Shown here: piece after piece, positions 29,935-40,275 of the stretch
Layout of the letters: each line of letters begins with the position of its first letter
Numbering within the stretch: position 1 is the stretch's first letter
Source of the DNA: Chlamydiales bacterium
GTDB lineage: Bacteria; Chlamydiota; Chlamydiia; Chlamydiales; JARBTN01
Direction of reading: 5' to 3'
NCBI GenBank assembly: GCA_029240195.1
Contig: JARBTN010000002.1
Location: 1 to 46,914 of the forward strand
Length of the DNA stretch: 46,914 nt
Notes under the pieces: generated by a model
Seen by the model: only the letters and a program-made list of their open reading frames with translations
What the model was told of the DNA's origin: nothing
The model's database searches: none
Position numbers and translations under genes: made by a program

Positions 29935-32244
29935 ATGAGTGAAATCAACCAACCCCCATCTTCGGGGTACAACCCACCAAATAATGATGGTTATTTAGCA
30001 GCAAAGGCAAATAACCCCAATTCAGTAGACGGCAATGTGGATACAACAGGAGCAATAGCTCCCAGTGGCAAGCTGAGAAAAGAAACCGATCCGACAACGG
30101 CCTATAACCCAAGCGCTGGCTCTACGGTCAACACCCAGAGCTTCACCTCCTCAGGAGAGACTCTCTTGGCAGAAAGCCCTGTTTTGGATATGCCCACAGC
30201 AACTCCGGCAGCTGTCATGCAGATGGATCCCAAGACGCTGGCGGCTCTGACCAGCTTGCCCGATCTGATTGCCATGATCTCAGAAAGCTTTACACCGAAG
30301 ACAAAAAGCGATGACGCAAGCGACCCAGCCTTGCCAAGCTCAGATGCGGAAGAAGAGGCCGGCCCCTTTTTTAGCAAAATGTTTCAAGTGCTCGGCCAAA
30401 AGGGCGCCAATGGCGACAAGCAAGATCTAGCTAACCTCCTCTCAGAGTCAGGAGAAGGCGAGGCTGCGACAGGCAGCGCCAAGAGCTCATCGCCTCTCGA
30501 TGCCGGCTTGGAAGCGCTTTTGGGCCTGCCCATTTTAGAAGGGATTGGCGAGACCTTTGCCGCTGACTCGGCAACCTTTGAGAAAGAACTCAATACGGTC
30601 TTGACAAAAGCGCTCGGCACCGACTTGGCGGCGGCCATCGACAAAGCCGCCTCGTCAAAAGATCCCAATGCCTTGACAGCTGAAGAGCTCAAAGTGGCCA
30701 ACAGCTACCTGACACTTTTGGCCCATGCGCTGGCACTCATCTCTTCCATGAAGCAAAAGATGAGCCAAGCTGACTCCAACAAGGTAGAAGATGCAACAAG
30801 AGCCAAACAAGATGCTGTGCAGCTGAAGATCAAAGAGACCGAAGAAAATCAAAAGACGGTGCTCGATCAAATTAAAGCCAAGCAAGAAGGAGATGGCGGA
30901 TGCGCCCTCGTCTTGAAGATCATCATGCCCATTGCCACAGCCGTCGTCGCCATTATTGCCGTCGTCGCAGCCATCTTTACAGGCGGGCAGAGCCTTTGGC
31001 TGATCGGCCTGATGATTGCCGCCTCGATTGCTATGACGGTGGTGACCACATTAGACTCGGCGCTTGACCTGACAGCCAAGCTGGCCGCTGAAATTGGCGG
31101 ACCGCTGGCCTCTTTGGTGATGGCATTTGCGATGATCCTCATTGTCTTGGTGACAGCTGGAGGGGGGCTTGCCATTGCCGCTGCCGCTTTAGCTAGAACA
31201 GCTTCCAGCGCCGTCGTCTCTCAAACCGTCGCCTCCGCGGTAAGGGCCTCTGTCGGCACGTCTGTGCAAGAGTCGATCAAGCAAGCAGGCAAGAGCACGA
31301 TACAAACAACGCTCACCCAAGTTGCCAAAGACGTGTTCATGACTAAAATGGGAGTGGCATTGGTCACAACGCTCGTGGTCGAGGTTTTGATGTCGAGCGG
31401 CCTCCTCAATCAGGCCATCACCGAATCTGTCCTAGCCATGGGCGGCTCACAAGAAGACGCGATGATCGTCTCTATCGTCTTAACGGTGATCATTGCCATC
31501 TTTATGATGTGCTTTGCGGTCTACGCCGCAGGAAGCGCGACAAAAGGGATCACTAGCGCAGCGGATGACATTGCCGAAGAGGGAGCCGGCGCAGCAGCGA
31601 CTGGCACAGCCAGCGCAGCTAGCACAGTCGTTAAAGCAGCTAAAGAAGGTGACAACTTGGCCGGCAGCGTAACGCAAGTGGCCGCTCAAAAAGCCATCGA
31701 ATTAGCTGCAGAAGAGGCCAAAAAGACCGAAAAGCTGCTCAGCAAATTTTTCCTGAAAATGTTGGAAAAGCTGGAAGAATTGATCGGATTGGCCCCAGGC
31801 TCGTTTAAAAATGCCAGTTCACTCTCAGATGTCGGCAGCATTGCCGGCAACATTGCCGGCAAGAGCGTGGTCCAGGCAGGGGAGTTTGGTGCAGATGTGA
31901 TCAAAGCGACAGTCGGCTGGGCGGGAAAAGATAAGCTGATCAAGATTGTCAACACTCTCACGCAGCTTTCTCAATACGCAGAGGGCGCTGTCATAACGGC
32001 CTCAGGCACTAAAAAGCTAGAGATGGCAGAAGAGAATTTAGAGCTGGTCAAAGCGCTGGCAGAAATCCGCACCTTCTTAGCTTACTACGACATGGATGTC
32101 AAGGCCTTTGATTCCATCTATCAGCTGTGCCTTGATATGCTTAAAGAGGGAAGCCAGACAACAAATGGCATGTTCGAAGTCTTTAAAAATATCATCAAAG
32201 GGCAGCAAGCCATTTTACAGAAAATGACAGACGGCGGAATGTAA
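29935..32244 (+). CDS. Major hydrophobic translocator (SctE/CopB-like)
   Basis: Follows lcrH. Ser/Pro-rich N-terminus, coiled coil, then several hydrophobic segments including AIFTGGQSL, and a C-terminal coiled coil. Confidence 0.75.
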   Translation: MSEINQPPSSGYNPPNNDGYLAAKANNPNSVDGNVDTTGAIAPSGKLRKETDPTTAYNPSAGSTVNTQSFTSSGETLLAESPVLDMPTATPAAVMQMDPKTLAALTSLPDLIAMISESFTPKTKSDDASDPALPSSDAEEEAGPFFSKMFQVLGQKGANGDKQDLANLLSESGEGEAATGSAKSSSPLDAGLEALLGLPILEGIGETFAADSATFEKELNTVLTKALGTDLAAAIDKAASSKDPNALTAEELKVANSYLTLLAHALALISSMKQKMSQADSNKVEDATRAKQDAVQLKIKETEENQKTVLDQIKAKQEGDGGCALVLKIIMPIATAVVAIIAVVAAIFTGGQSLWLIGLMIAASIAMTVVTTLDSALDLTAKLAAEIGGPLASLVMAFAMILIVLVTAGGGLAIAAAALARTASSAVVSQTVASAVRASVGTSVQESIKQAGKSTIQTTLTQVAKDVFMTKMGVALVTTLVVEVLMSSGLLNQAITESVLAMGGSQEDAMIVSIVLTVIIAIFMMCFAVYAAGSATKGITSAADDIAEEGAGAAATGTASAASTVVKAAKEGDNLAGSVTQVAAQKAIELAAEEAKKTEKLLSKFFLKMLEKLEELIGLAPGSFKNASSLSDVGSIAGNIAGKSVVQAGEFGADVIKATVGWAGKDKLIKIVNTLTQLSQYAEGAVITASGTKKLEMAEENLELVKALAEIRTFLAYYDMDVKAFDSIYQLCLDMLKEGSQTTNGMFEVFKNIIKGQQAILQKMTDGGM

Positions 32245-32275
32245 ACCCATCTCTATTCTTTTAAGAGGACGTTTT

Positions 32276-33706
32276 ATGAGCAGCAATTCTATTGACAGCG
32301 GTTCTACGGGAATTCCCGGCGGCGCCGAGCCTTCTAAAGACATGCAAACGGCCGGATTGCCCTTTGATTTTGGGCTAGGGCTTTTAGGCAGCGATAACAA
32401 ACGAGAAGCCATCGGCAAAGTGAGGGCTAGCGATATGCTCGATCCCACTTTTTTTGCCGGCAACGCCAATGTCAACCCCGACGGCAGCAGCTCGACAGCC
32501 GCCGATGAGCCCTGGCTCATCGTGCCCGATCAGGCTATGGTCGATCAATGGATCAAAGAAGTTTTGAGCCTCAACAAATCAGGCTCTCAACCTGACGCCT
32601 TAGCAGGCGGACTTGGAAGCCTCTTTGGCGAGCCCGATTCAATCGATGAAGGGGAAGTGTCCCTAGCGGCCACAAGCGCCTCTTCTCAGGCTTTGGACAG
32701 CTCCGATATCGATAAGCTGGCCTCATTGCTGGGCCTTAAGGCAAGTGCTGCGGATGGAGCCTCTCTCACGCCCAATCTTTGGGTATCGACATCGAGCTCC
32801 GTCTTTAGAATCTTTATGCTCCTCTCAGAGCTCGGCCCCATAAGGCAGGAGATGATGAAAGAGGAAGTCGTCGCTCTGATCAAAGGGATGCAGTCCTCTT
32901 TAGATTTGTCGTTGACGATCGCCGATAAAACAAAAGAGATTGGTGAACTGCAAGTGAAAGAAGCTGCCGCCCAGATTGGAGCGGCCGCAGCTCAAATAGC
33001 CAATGGCATGATGCAAATCGGCGGCGCTCTCGGCGGCGCGTTTGGGGGCTACAAAGCCCACAAAAAAGAAATGAAACATATCGCCGATCAAAAGGCTGAC
33101 TTGACGACCAAATACGCCCCGCCAGCTGCTGCCGCTGCACCTGCTGCAGGCCCAGGTCTAGCACCGCCACCTGCGGCAGGTGCAGCAGCGGCAGCAGGTA
33201 CCGTAGGCCCAGCTGCCCCTGCCACTCCTGCTGCCGGAGGCCCAGCCGCTCCTGCCGCTCCTGCAGCCGGAGGCCCAGCCGCTCCTGCTGCTGCCGCTCC
33301 TGCTCCTGCTCTTTCGCCGAAGGAGCTGGCTAAGAGAGAACGGGACAAAATGAAAGCCGAGACCGATTTAGAGGCTAGGACGCCCTCTTCCATGTTCGCT
33401 TCCAACGCCTATGGCAACGTCGCCCAACTTTCCAATGGCCTTGCCGGCGGAGTTGGCAAGAGCATTGAAGCAGCCGGTCAGATGGGTGTGCAAATCCTCT
33501 TTTTGTACACCAAGATGGCCATGGCGCTAGCTGAGGCGACAAAATCGATGGCTGAGGCGGCGAAGGGATCGCAAGATCAGGTCAACAACTCGCTGCGCGA
33601 TGATATCAAATCGCTTGCCGACGCTTCACAGACGCTGGCTAGCCTCTTGCAGGCATTCATCAGCACGGCGCAATCGCGCAGTTCGCAAGGGCCATCCGGC
33701 ACTTAA
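32276..33706 (+). CDS. Minor hydrophobic translocator (SctB/CopD-like) with an Ala/Pro-rich insert
   Basis: Third gene of the chaperone-SctE-SctB order; Gly/Ala-rich hydrophobic segments and a C-terminal amphipathic helix. Confidence 0.65.
   Translation: MSSNSIDSGSTGIPGGAEPSKDMQTAGLPFDFGLGLLGSDNKREAIGKVRASDMLDPTFFAGNANVNPDGSSSTAADEPWLIVPDQAMVDQWIKEVLSLNKSGSQPDALAGGLGSLFGEPDSIDEGEVSLAATSASSQALDSSDIDKLASLLGLKASAADGASLTPNLWVSTSSSVFRIFMLLSELGPIRQEMMKEEVVALIKGMQSSLDLSLTIADKTKEIGELQVKEAAAQIGAAAAQIANGMMQIGGALGGAFGGYKAHKKEMKHIADQKADLTTKYAPPAAAAAPAAGPGLAPPPAAGAAAAAGTVGPAAPATPAAGGPAAPAAPAAGGPAAPAAAAPAPALSPKELAKRERDKMKAETDLEARTPSSMFASNAYGNVAQLSNGLAGGVGKSIEAAGQMGVQILFLYTKMAMALAEATKSMAEAAKGSQDQVNNSLRDDIKSLADASQTLASLLQAFISTAQSRSSQGPSGT
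33194..33292 (+). repeat. 33-bp tandem repeat (PAAGGPAAPAA; two near-identical units and one degenerate unit)
   Basis: cctgctgccggaggcccagccgctcctgccgct / cctgcagccggaggcccagccgctcctgctgct. Confidence 0.8.
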
Positions 33707-33721
33707 AGTGGCAGAACAGCT

Positions 33722-33747
33722 AGGGAGGGGCTTTAGAGCCCTTCCCT
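33722..33747 (+). terminator. Hairpin after the copD-like gene
   Basis: AGGGAGGGGCT-ttag-AGCCCTTCCCT with no clear U-tract. Confidence 0.4.
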
Positions 33748-33767
33748 CTCAATCTAGAGGGTAGGCA

Positions 33768-34169
33768 ATGTTAAAAGAATGGATGACACAGCTAGGAAAG
33801 GAAGCCGGAATGGATGCCCCCTTTTTGCAAGAGGCGAACGGCGCTTACCTCATGGCAATCGATGACGAAAGAGGCCTGCGCTTAGAAGAAGGCATGGGGA
33901 TCCATTTTTTTTGCCGCTTGAGGCCCTTGCCGGAAAAGGAAGAGCGTGTTCTCTCTGAGATGATGCTGGCCAATTTGATGGGCCAGGGAACACAAGGAGC
34001 TGTTCTGGGCTTGAGCGAGGACGGGCAAGACATTTACTTGAGAGATTTAAAGGCCCTCAGCGACTACGCCCAATTTATGGAAGCCTTTCGCACCTTTTTA
34101 CAGGTGATCGACTTTTGGGTGGAAGAGATCGACCTGATTTTAGCAGGAGACGCTACAAAAGCGCCCTAA
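33768..34169 (+). CDS. scc4: CesT/SycE-family class I T3SS chaperone (Scc4/CT663-like)
   Basis: 133-aa acidic protein with MLANLMGQGTQGAVLGL and F....DFW motifs, immediately upstream of cdsD. Confidence 0.8.
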   Translation: MLKEWMTQLGKEAGMDAPFLQEANGAYLMAIDDERGLRLEEGMGIHFFCRLRPLPEKEERVLSEMMLANLMGQGTQGAVLGLSEDGQDIYLRDLKALSDYAQFMEAFRTFLQVIDFWVEEIDLILAGDATKAP

Positions 34170-34170
34170 G

Positions 34171-34331
34171 TACCCAACCAATTTAATTTTGAGGTGTAAA
34201 ACTGATGCGAAAGCTCTCGTGATTGGACTTGTGCAAGCTCCTTTATATTTTTAATATTAAGGAGCTTGCACAAGTCCAATCACAAGGCTTTGGCGCAGTT
34301 TGACACTCATCAAAACTAAGTTGGTTGGGTA
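34171..34331. mobile_element. MITE-like foldback element flanked by CTAAG direct repeats
   Basis: Termini TACCCAACCAA...TTGGTTGGGTA, imperfect ~73-bp arms, perfect inner 25-bp stem, CTAAG at 34166-34170 and 34332-34336. Confidence 0.7.
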
Positions 34332-34512
34332 CTAAGATTTTTTTAAGCAAAAAGTGCATTTTTCAGCCGCTCAACTTGAGCGTTTTGCCCCTTTCTTAAA
34401 CGGGCCGGCCGGATTTATTGAATCTTAATTTAACTTTAGAACGGCCGTTGTTATATGATTGAAGAGCACTTTAAGTTAACGTGCAATTTTAATTCAAGGA
34501 TGTTAGATTATC

Positions 34513-36360
34513 ATGGCAGCACAATTGATCGTAGAAGAAGGATCAGCCAAGGGCAGTTCATTTGAGCTCTCCGCTGAAAACTCAATTGGGCAGGAAGGGA
34601 AGGTATGGCTTCTCGGCCACACTTCAGATTGCTCATTTGTCATTGAAGATCTTGCCACCAATGCCCAGCAACTGTCCATCCGATCAACTGATTCCGGCTA
34701 CTTTCTGGAAAATCATAGCACCGAACCCTTGATGGTCAATGGTCACCCTTTAGAAGATCCGCTCTTACAGGATCAAGACCTGATCAGCGCTGGAACCTTA
34801 ACTTTACGCTTTTTATTAAAAGCCAGCGCATTAAAAACGTCCAATGTGGAAGAAGATATGGCTCACTTAGATGAAAAAACAGCCGTCGCAGAAATGCCCT
34901 TAGAGCATACTGAATTCGACGAGCAGCACATGAAAGAGATTGAAGACTCTTTTGCCGAGGTCAACTTTGACCTGATCGGGCAAGAGGGGCGCTGGCTGCT
35001 CAAAGTGATCTCGGGACCCAATGCCGGCGCTGAGTTTTCCATGCAGGCCGATAAGAGCTATCTGGTGGGCACCGATACGGCAGCTTGCGATCTGGTCTTT
35101 CACGATGCCAGCGTCTCCAGGCAGCACGCCAAGTTTTCTGTCGATCATGACGAGGTGTTGTCGATCGAAGATTTAAATAGCCGCAACGGCACCCGGATCG
35201 ATGGAGAGCTGATCAAGGGCCAACGCCGCATTTCCTCCAATACCTTGGTGACGATGGGGACGACGACCTTTCTCCTGATCGACCAAGAGGGAGAGCGCTC
35301 CACCATCATCTCCCCTCCCCTATACTTAGAGCGCGAGCGAGCAGTGGAAGTGCCAGCTAAAGAGGCAGAGAAAAAAGAAGGCGACCCGAGCCAATCCAGC
35401 GATTCCGCGGCCCCTCCTAGACAAGAGAGCGCCAAAGAGGAAGAAAAAGTAATTTCTTCTCTCGGCGGTTTAATGTTGCTAGCAATTATTACCGGAATTT
35501 TTGTATTTATTGGCTTTGGCACAAGCATGCTATTTCGCAGCGATGAGCTCATTGTTGAAAAAGTGGATGTGGTTCAGAAAATTGAACAGGCTCTTGCCGA
35601 ATCGCCCGATGTGAAGTTCACCTACACCAAGCAAACAGGGCGCCTCCTCTTGCTCGGCCATGTACTTACAACATCTGACAAAGAACAGATTAGACATAGC
35701 TTAAAAACCCTTCCTGATATCTCCTATGTCGATGACAATATCGTAATCGATGAGTTGGTTTGGAAGGAAGTGAATGGGATGATAGGGAAGAACCCCAGCT
35801 GGAAAGGCATTTCGGTGAACGCCACAAGGCCTGGACACTTTGTCTTGAGCGGCTATTTGACCAGTTATGCCGAAGGGGAGAAGCTCTTCGATTGGGTGAA
35901 TAAGAACTTTAACTACTTGGATTTGTTAGAGCGGCGCATCATCATCGAAGAGGATGTCTTAAATCAAGTTTCGAGCAAGCTGTCTGAAAAAGGATTTAAG
36001 GGCATCACGCCTTATCTGCCAAATGGCGAGCTTGTGCTGCGCGGCTCCTTAATTCCTGACCAGCGGCCAGTGCTAGAGGTGTTGCTGCGCGAGTTTGAGA
36101 AGATACCGGGAGTGAAGAGCGTGCGGCTGCTGACTGATGACGCCCAGGCCCCCTCTTCAATCGTGAATTTGTCAGACCGCTACCAAGTGACAGGAGCGTC
36201 CTTTCAAGGGGGCTCTAGTTTGAATGTGGTCATCAATGGCCGCATCCTGACCAAGGGAGACACTCTCGATGGCATGACCCTTTTGAGAATTGAGGAAAAT
36301 GCCATCTTCTTAGAAAAAGATGGCTTTCAATATAAGATTGATTTTAATCGCTATCGGTGA
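34513..36360 (+). CDS. cdsD: T3SS inner-membrane ring protein CdsD (SctD) with FHA domains
   Basis: Degenerate N-terminal FHA, second FHA (SVSRQHA, DLNSRNGT), TM helix, BON-like periplasmic domains, VVINGRILTKGDTLDGM tail. Confidence 0.9.
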   Translation: MAAQLIVEEGSAKGSSFELSAENSIGQEGKVWLLGHTSDCSFVIEDLATNAQQLSIRSTDSGYFLENHSTEPLMVNGHPLEDPLLQDQDLISAGTLTLRFLLKASALKTSNVEEDMAHLDEKTAVAEMPLEHTEFDEQHMKEIEDSFAEVNFDLIGQEGRWLLKVISGPNAGAEFSMQADKSYLVGTDTAACDLVFHDASVSRQHAKFSVDHDEVLSIEDLNSRNGTRIDGELIKGQRRISSNTLVTMGTTTFLLIDQEGERSTIISPPLYLERERAVEVPAKEAEKKEGDPSQSSDSAAPPRQESAKEEEKVISSLGGLMLLAIITGIFVFIGFGTSMLFRSDELIVEKVDVVQKIEQALAESPDVKFTYTKQTGRLLLLGHVLTTSDKEQIRHSLKTLPDISYVDDNIVIDELVWKEVNGMIGKNPSWKGISVNATRPGHFVLSGYLTSYAEGEKLFDWVNKNFNYLDLLERRIIIEEDVLNQVSSKLSEKGFKGITPYLPNGELVLRGSLIPDQRPVLEVLLREFEKIPGVKSVRLLTDDAQAPSSIVNLSDRYQVTGASFQGGSSLNVVINGRILTKGDTLDGMTLLRIEENAIFLEKDGFQYKIDFNRYR

Positions 36361-36487
36361 AATAAGAGGGTAGTTCTCCTTACAAACTAAAAGATCCTCA
36401 AAAAGACTCCGCTCTTTTTGAGGACGACATAGCCTTCTGACAGGGTTTTCCTTGCAGAGGGCTTTTGAACCTTGAAGAGAGTTTTGC

Positions 36488-36724
36488 ATGTTTGGACTAG
36501 AAAACAAAAAAAAGCCGCCCACTTTTCACTTTGATTTAGAAGACGAGCTCGCTGACGCCAAAGAAAAGAAAAAGATGCTGCAAAATTTGGAAAAGAAGAC
36601 GCAAGCCATCAAGACGGCCCTTCGGCATGGAGAGGATAAAGACGATTTTGACTTGCTAGGCCAGCTCCTCAATGGCTACACAGCTCTATCTAAAGTTGTG
36701 AGCCGGATTGGCAAGAAAAAATAG
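36488..36724 (+). CDS. cdsE: Needle co-chaperone CdsE (CT665-like)
   Basis: MFGLE...FHFDLEDEL...LRHG...LLNGYTAL; lies between cdsD and cdsF. Confidence 0.8.
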   Translation: MFGLENKKKPPTFHFDLEDELADAKEKKKMLQNLEKKTQAIKTALRHGEDKDDFDLLGQLLNGYTALSKVVSRIGKKK

Positions 36725-36900
36725 TTGAGCTTTTTCCTTGAAAGAGAAAAGCTTGAAGATATTCTGCAAGAGACTCTGCTAAAAAAGACTCTAAAAAGGC
36801 CCTGGCCGTTTTTAAAAAAAGCGCTTCAGGGACTTGGAAAAAACCACGCAAATGCACGTGAACCCGCTACTTAAACTCTAGAAAAAAACCAGGAGCTCCC

Positions 36901-37140
36901 ATGTCTCAAGACAGACAAGCCTTCTTCATGAGTGGACTTATCTCGATCGTAGAAAGCGCCACCGTCAGTGCTAAACTTAAGATCAGCGCCATTAAAAACA
37001 AAAAAAGCTCCATCAGCATTGCCGACATGTTCGAGATGCAGATGCTCATGAACCACTTGAGCCAGCTTTCTGAGATGTGCACTTCTGTCGTATCGGCGGC
37101 CAATACCGCGATCAGCTCGATGGCCCGCAACGTCAAGTAA
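36901..37140 (+). CDS. cdsF: T3SS needle subunit CdsF (SctF)
   Basis: ISIADMFEMQMLMNHLSQLSEM.TSVVSAANTAISSMARNVK, a chlamydial needle-type C-terminus. Confidence 0.85.
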   Translation: MSQDRQAFFMSGLISIVESATVSAKLKISAIKNKKSSISIADMFEMQMLMNHLSQLSEMCTSVVSAANTAISSMARNVK

Positions 37141-37217
37141 GCGATTTTCCTTTTAGCTTTCGTTTGAAGCGGAAGCTAAAAGATTTTTCAAACTCTCTCT
37201 TCTTTAGGTATTTCCTG

Positions 37218-37643
37218 ATGGATATCGACCAAGAATTTCTAGACGACCTCCCCCTCTTTATCGAAAGTGGATTCATCGCCATCAAGCAAATGGACGAGGT
37301 CTCTGCCAGACGCATCTTTGAAGCGGCGCAAGGGATGAGCCCCGGGCACCCCGCTGTCAAAGTCGGCTTTGGCTACATCCACCTCAATAAATTAGAGCTC
37401 AAAGAGGCAGCTTTAATTTTTTCTGAGGTGCTGGCCGAAGATCCGGATCACGATCTGGCCCATATGTTCTTAGGAATTTCCCATCTTTTGAATCAAGAGC
37501 ATCGGGCAAAAGGGGAACAAATCATCCGGCAAGTGATGCAAAAGTCAGAAGATGCAAGCATTGTCAATTTAGGGCAGACAACTTTAGATTGGGCCGCAAA
37601 AGAGCTGAAAACCAGTAAGCCTTTTTTCGCCCAACACTCTTAA
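37218..37643 (+). CDS. cdsG: TPR needle chaperone CdsG
   Basis: LFIESGFIAIKQMDEVSARRIF, GFGYIHLNKLEL; start reassigned to MDIDQ at 37218. Confidence 0.8.
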   Translation: MDIDQEFLDDLPLFIESGFIAIKQMDEVSARRIFEAAQGMSPGHPAVKVGFGYIHLNKLELKEAALIFSEVLAEDPDHDLAHMFLGISHLLNQEHRAKGEQIIRQVMQKSEDASIVNLGQTTLDWAAKELKTSKPFFAQHS

Positions 37644-37655
37644 AAGGGGTATCTC

Positions 37656-38309
37656 ATGGCAGCTGTAGCAAAAATCGAAGAAATCTCCAAAGTGGGGCAA
37701 AAGACGCTCAAGTCTTCCTTTGACACTCTCGTCGCCGATGCCAATCAGGCGCAATTTGAAGTGGTCCATTTGGCCGAAAAAAAAGGACTTGAAAGTGGCG
37801 GCATCCAAAGCACCCAGGCCGCTAACCCCATTTCGCCGATCGCTCTCCTCAACCAGCCGATCCAGGCAAGCGAGCCCGCCTTTTCCAAAATCATCGCCAA
37901 CACGCAGCTATCGGTCGACGCCATCGATACGGTCAAAGAGCGCCTTCAGACGCCAAACCTGACTTTAAAGAGCTCCGTGCAGCGCATTTTAAACGATAAA
38001 TTAAATGGTGTTGAGGGCAACCTCAAGACGGCGATGACTCAAGCCGGCCTGGAATATGAGCCGAGCAAGAGCACCCGCGTCAATCCCGTCACGCGCTTTT
38101 TAGATATGCTGACGCAAGGCCAGAATAAATTGATGAGCATGTCGAGCCATTTAGAGGGCTTGGCAGCGGAAGGAAATAAGCTAAGCCCTGAGAGAATGCT
38201 CTCATTGCAGCTTAAAATGACCTCGATTCAGCAAGAGCTCGAATTCTTCACCAACGTCTTGAATAAATCTTTAGAATCGACCAAGACGCTCATGAACGTA
38301 CAAATCTAA
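37656..38309 (+). CDS. CT668-like T3SS-associated protein (possible inner rod)
   Basis: Lies between cdsG and cdsN; C-terminal LSPERMLSLQLKM..IQQELEFFT..LNK.....KTLMNVQI resembles an SctI-like tail. Confidence 0.7.
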   Translation: MAAVAKIEEISKVGQKTLKSSFDTLVADANQAQFEVVHLAEKKGLESGGIQSTQAANPISPIALLNQPIQASEPAFSKIIANTQLSVDAIDTVKERLQTPNLTLKSSVQRILNDKLNGVEGNLKTAMTQAGLEYEPSKSTRVNPVTRFLDMLTQGQNKLMSMSSHLEGLAAEGNKLSPERMLSLQLKMTSIQQELEFFTNVLNKSLESTKTLMNVQI

Positions 38310-38321
38310 TGGGGATGCCTT

Positions 38322-39641
38322 ATGTCCATTCTGGACAGCGACTTTGATAAAATCATCGAAAATCTAGACCAGCTAGAGATCACCACCGTCAACGGCCGTA
38401 TCACAGAGACCGTAGGGATGATGATCAAAGCCGTCGTCCCGAATGTCAAAATCGGCGAAGTGTGCTTAGTCAAGCGCGACGGCGAGCCGTTGCGCACAGA
38501 AGTGGTCGGCTTCACAAGCGATGAGGTGTATCTCTCGCCCCTTGGCGAGATGAGCGGAATTGGCCCCTCCTCAGAGGTCATTCCCACTCGGCTCCCTCTG
38601 AGCATTAAAGTGGGGCCCGAGCTCCTCGGCCGCATTTTAAATGGCCTCGGCGAGCCAATCGATCAGGAGACAAAAGGCCCTTTAGAGTGCAGCGAAGTAT
38701 TTCCCGTACTCCGTGCGCCGCCCAACCCTCTGACCCGGCAGCGCATTTTAGAGCCAATCTCCACCGGCATCCGCGCCATCGACGGCATCTTGACCACCGG
38801 CAAGGGGCAGCGGGTTGGCATCTTTGCCGCTGCCGGGGGGGGTAAATCGACCACCATGGGCATGATTGCCCGCTACGCGCAAGCCGATGTCAACGTCATC
38901 AGCTTAATCGGGGAGCGGGGGCGCGAGCTGCGTGACTTTTTAGAAAAAGACCTCGGCCCGGAAGGGCTGAAGAAGTCGGTGGTGGTGGTCTCCACATCCG
39001 ACCAAGCCTCGCAGCTGCGCCTCAACGCCGCCTATGTCGGTACAGCCATTGCCGAATATTTCCGCGATCAGGGCAAGTCGGTGATCTTGATGATGGACTC
39101 GGTGACTCGCTTTGCTAGAGCCCTAAGAGAGGTCGGGCTGGCCGCCGGGGAACCGCCTGCGAGAGCCGGCTATACGCCTTCGGTATTCTCCACCCTGCCA
39201 AAGCTGCTCGAGCGATCGGGCAACTCCGACAAAGGATCGATCACAGCCTTCTACACCATCTTGGTTGCCGGCGATGATATGAATGAGCCTGTAGCCGACG
39301 AAGTGCGCTCCATCCTCGATGGACACATCATCTTATCTGCGGAGCTGGCGCGGCAATACCACTATCCGGCCATTGATGTGCTCTCTTCTGCTAGCCGCGT
39401 TTTGACCTCCATTTCGAGCAAAGAGCATCTACAGCTCGTTTCAAAGGTCAAAGAAGTGCTGGCCAACTATAAAAAGAACGAGCTGCTGATCAAGATCGGC
39501 GAGTATAAGAAAGGATCTGATAAAGCTGCAGATTTTGCCATCGACAACTACGATGCCGTGATGCGCTTTTTAAAGCAGGGTGTGGATGAAAAATCCACCT
39601 GGGAAGAAACGACAAGGGCGCTTAAAATGCTCTTCAAGTAA
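38322..39641 (+). CDS. sctN: T3SS ATPase CdsN (SctN)
   Basis: [46 protein letters not shown]. Confidence 0.96.
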   Translation: MSILDSDFDKIIENLDQLEITTVNGRITETVGMMIKAVVPNVKIGEVCLVKRDGEPLRTEVVGFTSDEVYLSPLGEMSGIGPSSEVIPTRLPLSIKVGPELLGRILNGLGEPIDQETKGPLECSEVFPVLRAPPNPLTRQRILEPISTGIRAIDGILTTGKGQRVGIFAAAGGGKSTTMGMIARYAQADVNVISLIGERGRELRDFLEKDLGPEGLKKSVVVVSTSDQASQLRLNAAYVGTAIAEYFRDQGKSVILMMDSVTRFARALREVGLAAGEPPARAGYTPSVFSTLPKLLERSGNSDKGSITAFYTILVAGDDMNEPVADEVRSILDGHIILSAELARQYHYPAIDVLSSASRVLTSISSKEHLQLVSKVKEVLANYKKNELLIKIGEYKKGSDKAADFAIDNYDAVMRFLKQGVDEKSTWEETTRALKMLFK

Positions 39642-39735
39642 ACTTGAAACTTGCTCCTCCACCGGCCCATAGCAGGATTTAGAGGGCAAGTTTTCAGTTA
39701 AAAGTCGCCCCATCCCTACACCATAAAGGTATTCG

Positions 39736-40233
39736 ATGAAGAAGGTGGTATACCCTTTAAAGCAAGTGCTGGAAGTCAAGATCAAGCGGATGGAAGACGC
39801 TGAAAAGCGAGTGCATGAAAAGCGCAAGCTCTTGGAGATCGAACAGCAAAAGCTCATCGAAAGAGAAAAAGAGCGCGACCGCGTTTTAGAGCACCACAAA
39901 GCCAAACTCCAGCAGCTGAGAGACACCCTCGATCAGGGTACGACGAGCCACGAAGTGGAGATCATGAAAAATTACCTCAAGCTCTGCAAAGAAAACCTCG
40001 CCGTCGAAGAAAAAAAGGTCAAAGAGCAAAAGTCCCAAGTAGAGGTGGCCGAAAAAAACCTAGAGCTCGCCCGCCAAGAATGGAGAGATAAGCGCAAAGA
40101 AGTCGATAAGCTGCAAACGCACCGAGGCGAGTGGGCTAAAGAGATGAAGATTGAGCTAGATAAACTAGAAGAGTACGAACAAGAAGAGCTCGGCAACACC
40201 ATCTTCCTCTCCCGCATGCAGCAAAATAGATGA
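39736..40233 (+). CDS. cdsO: T3SS stalk protein CdsO (SctO)
   Basis: YPLKQVLEVK..R followed by a fully charged coiled coil; follows sctN. Confidence 0.85.
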   Translation: MKKVVYPLKQVLEVKIKRMEDAEKRVHEKRKLLEIEQQKLIEREKERDRVLEHHKAKLQQLRDTLDQGTTSHEVEIMKNYLKLCKENLAVEEKKVKEQKSQVEVAEKNLELARQEWRDKRKEVDKLQTHRGEWAKEMKIELDKLEEYEQEELGNTIFLSRMQQNR

Positions 40234-40275
40234 GAGCTTCTCATCACTTAAGTCTTGGGCAAAAGGAGCCTTCAT

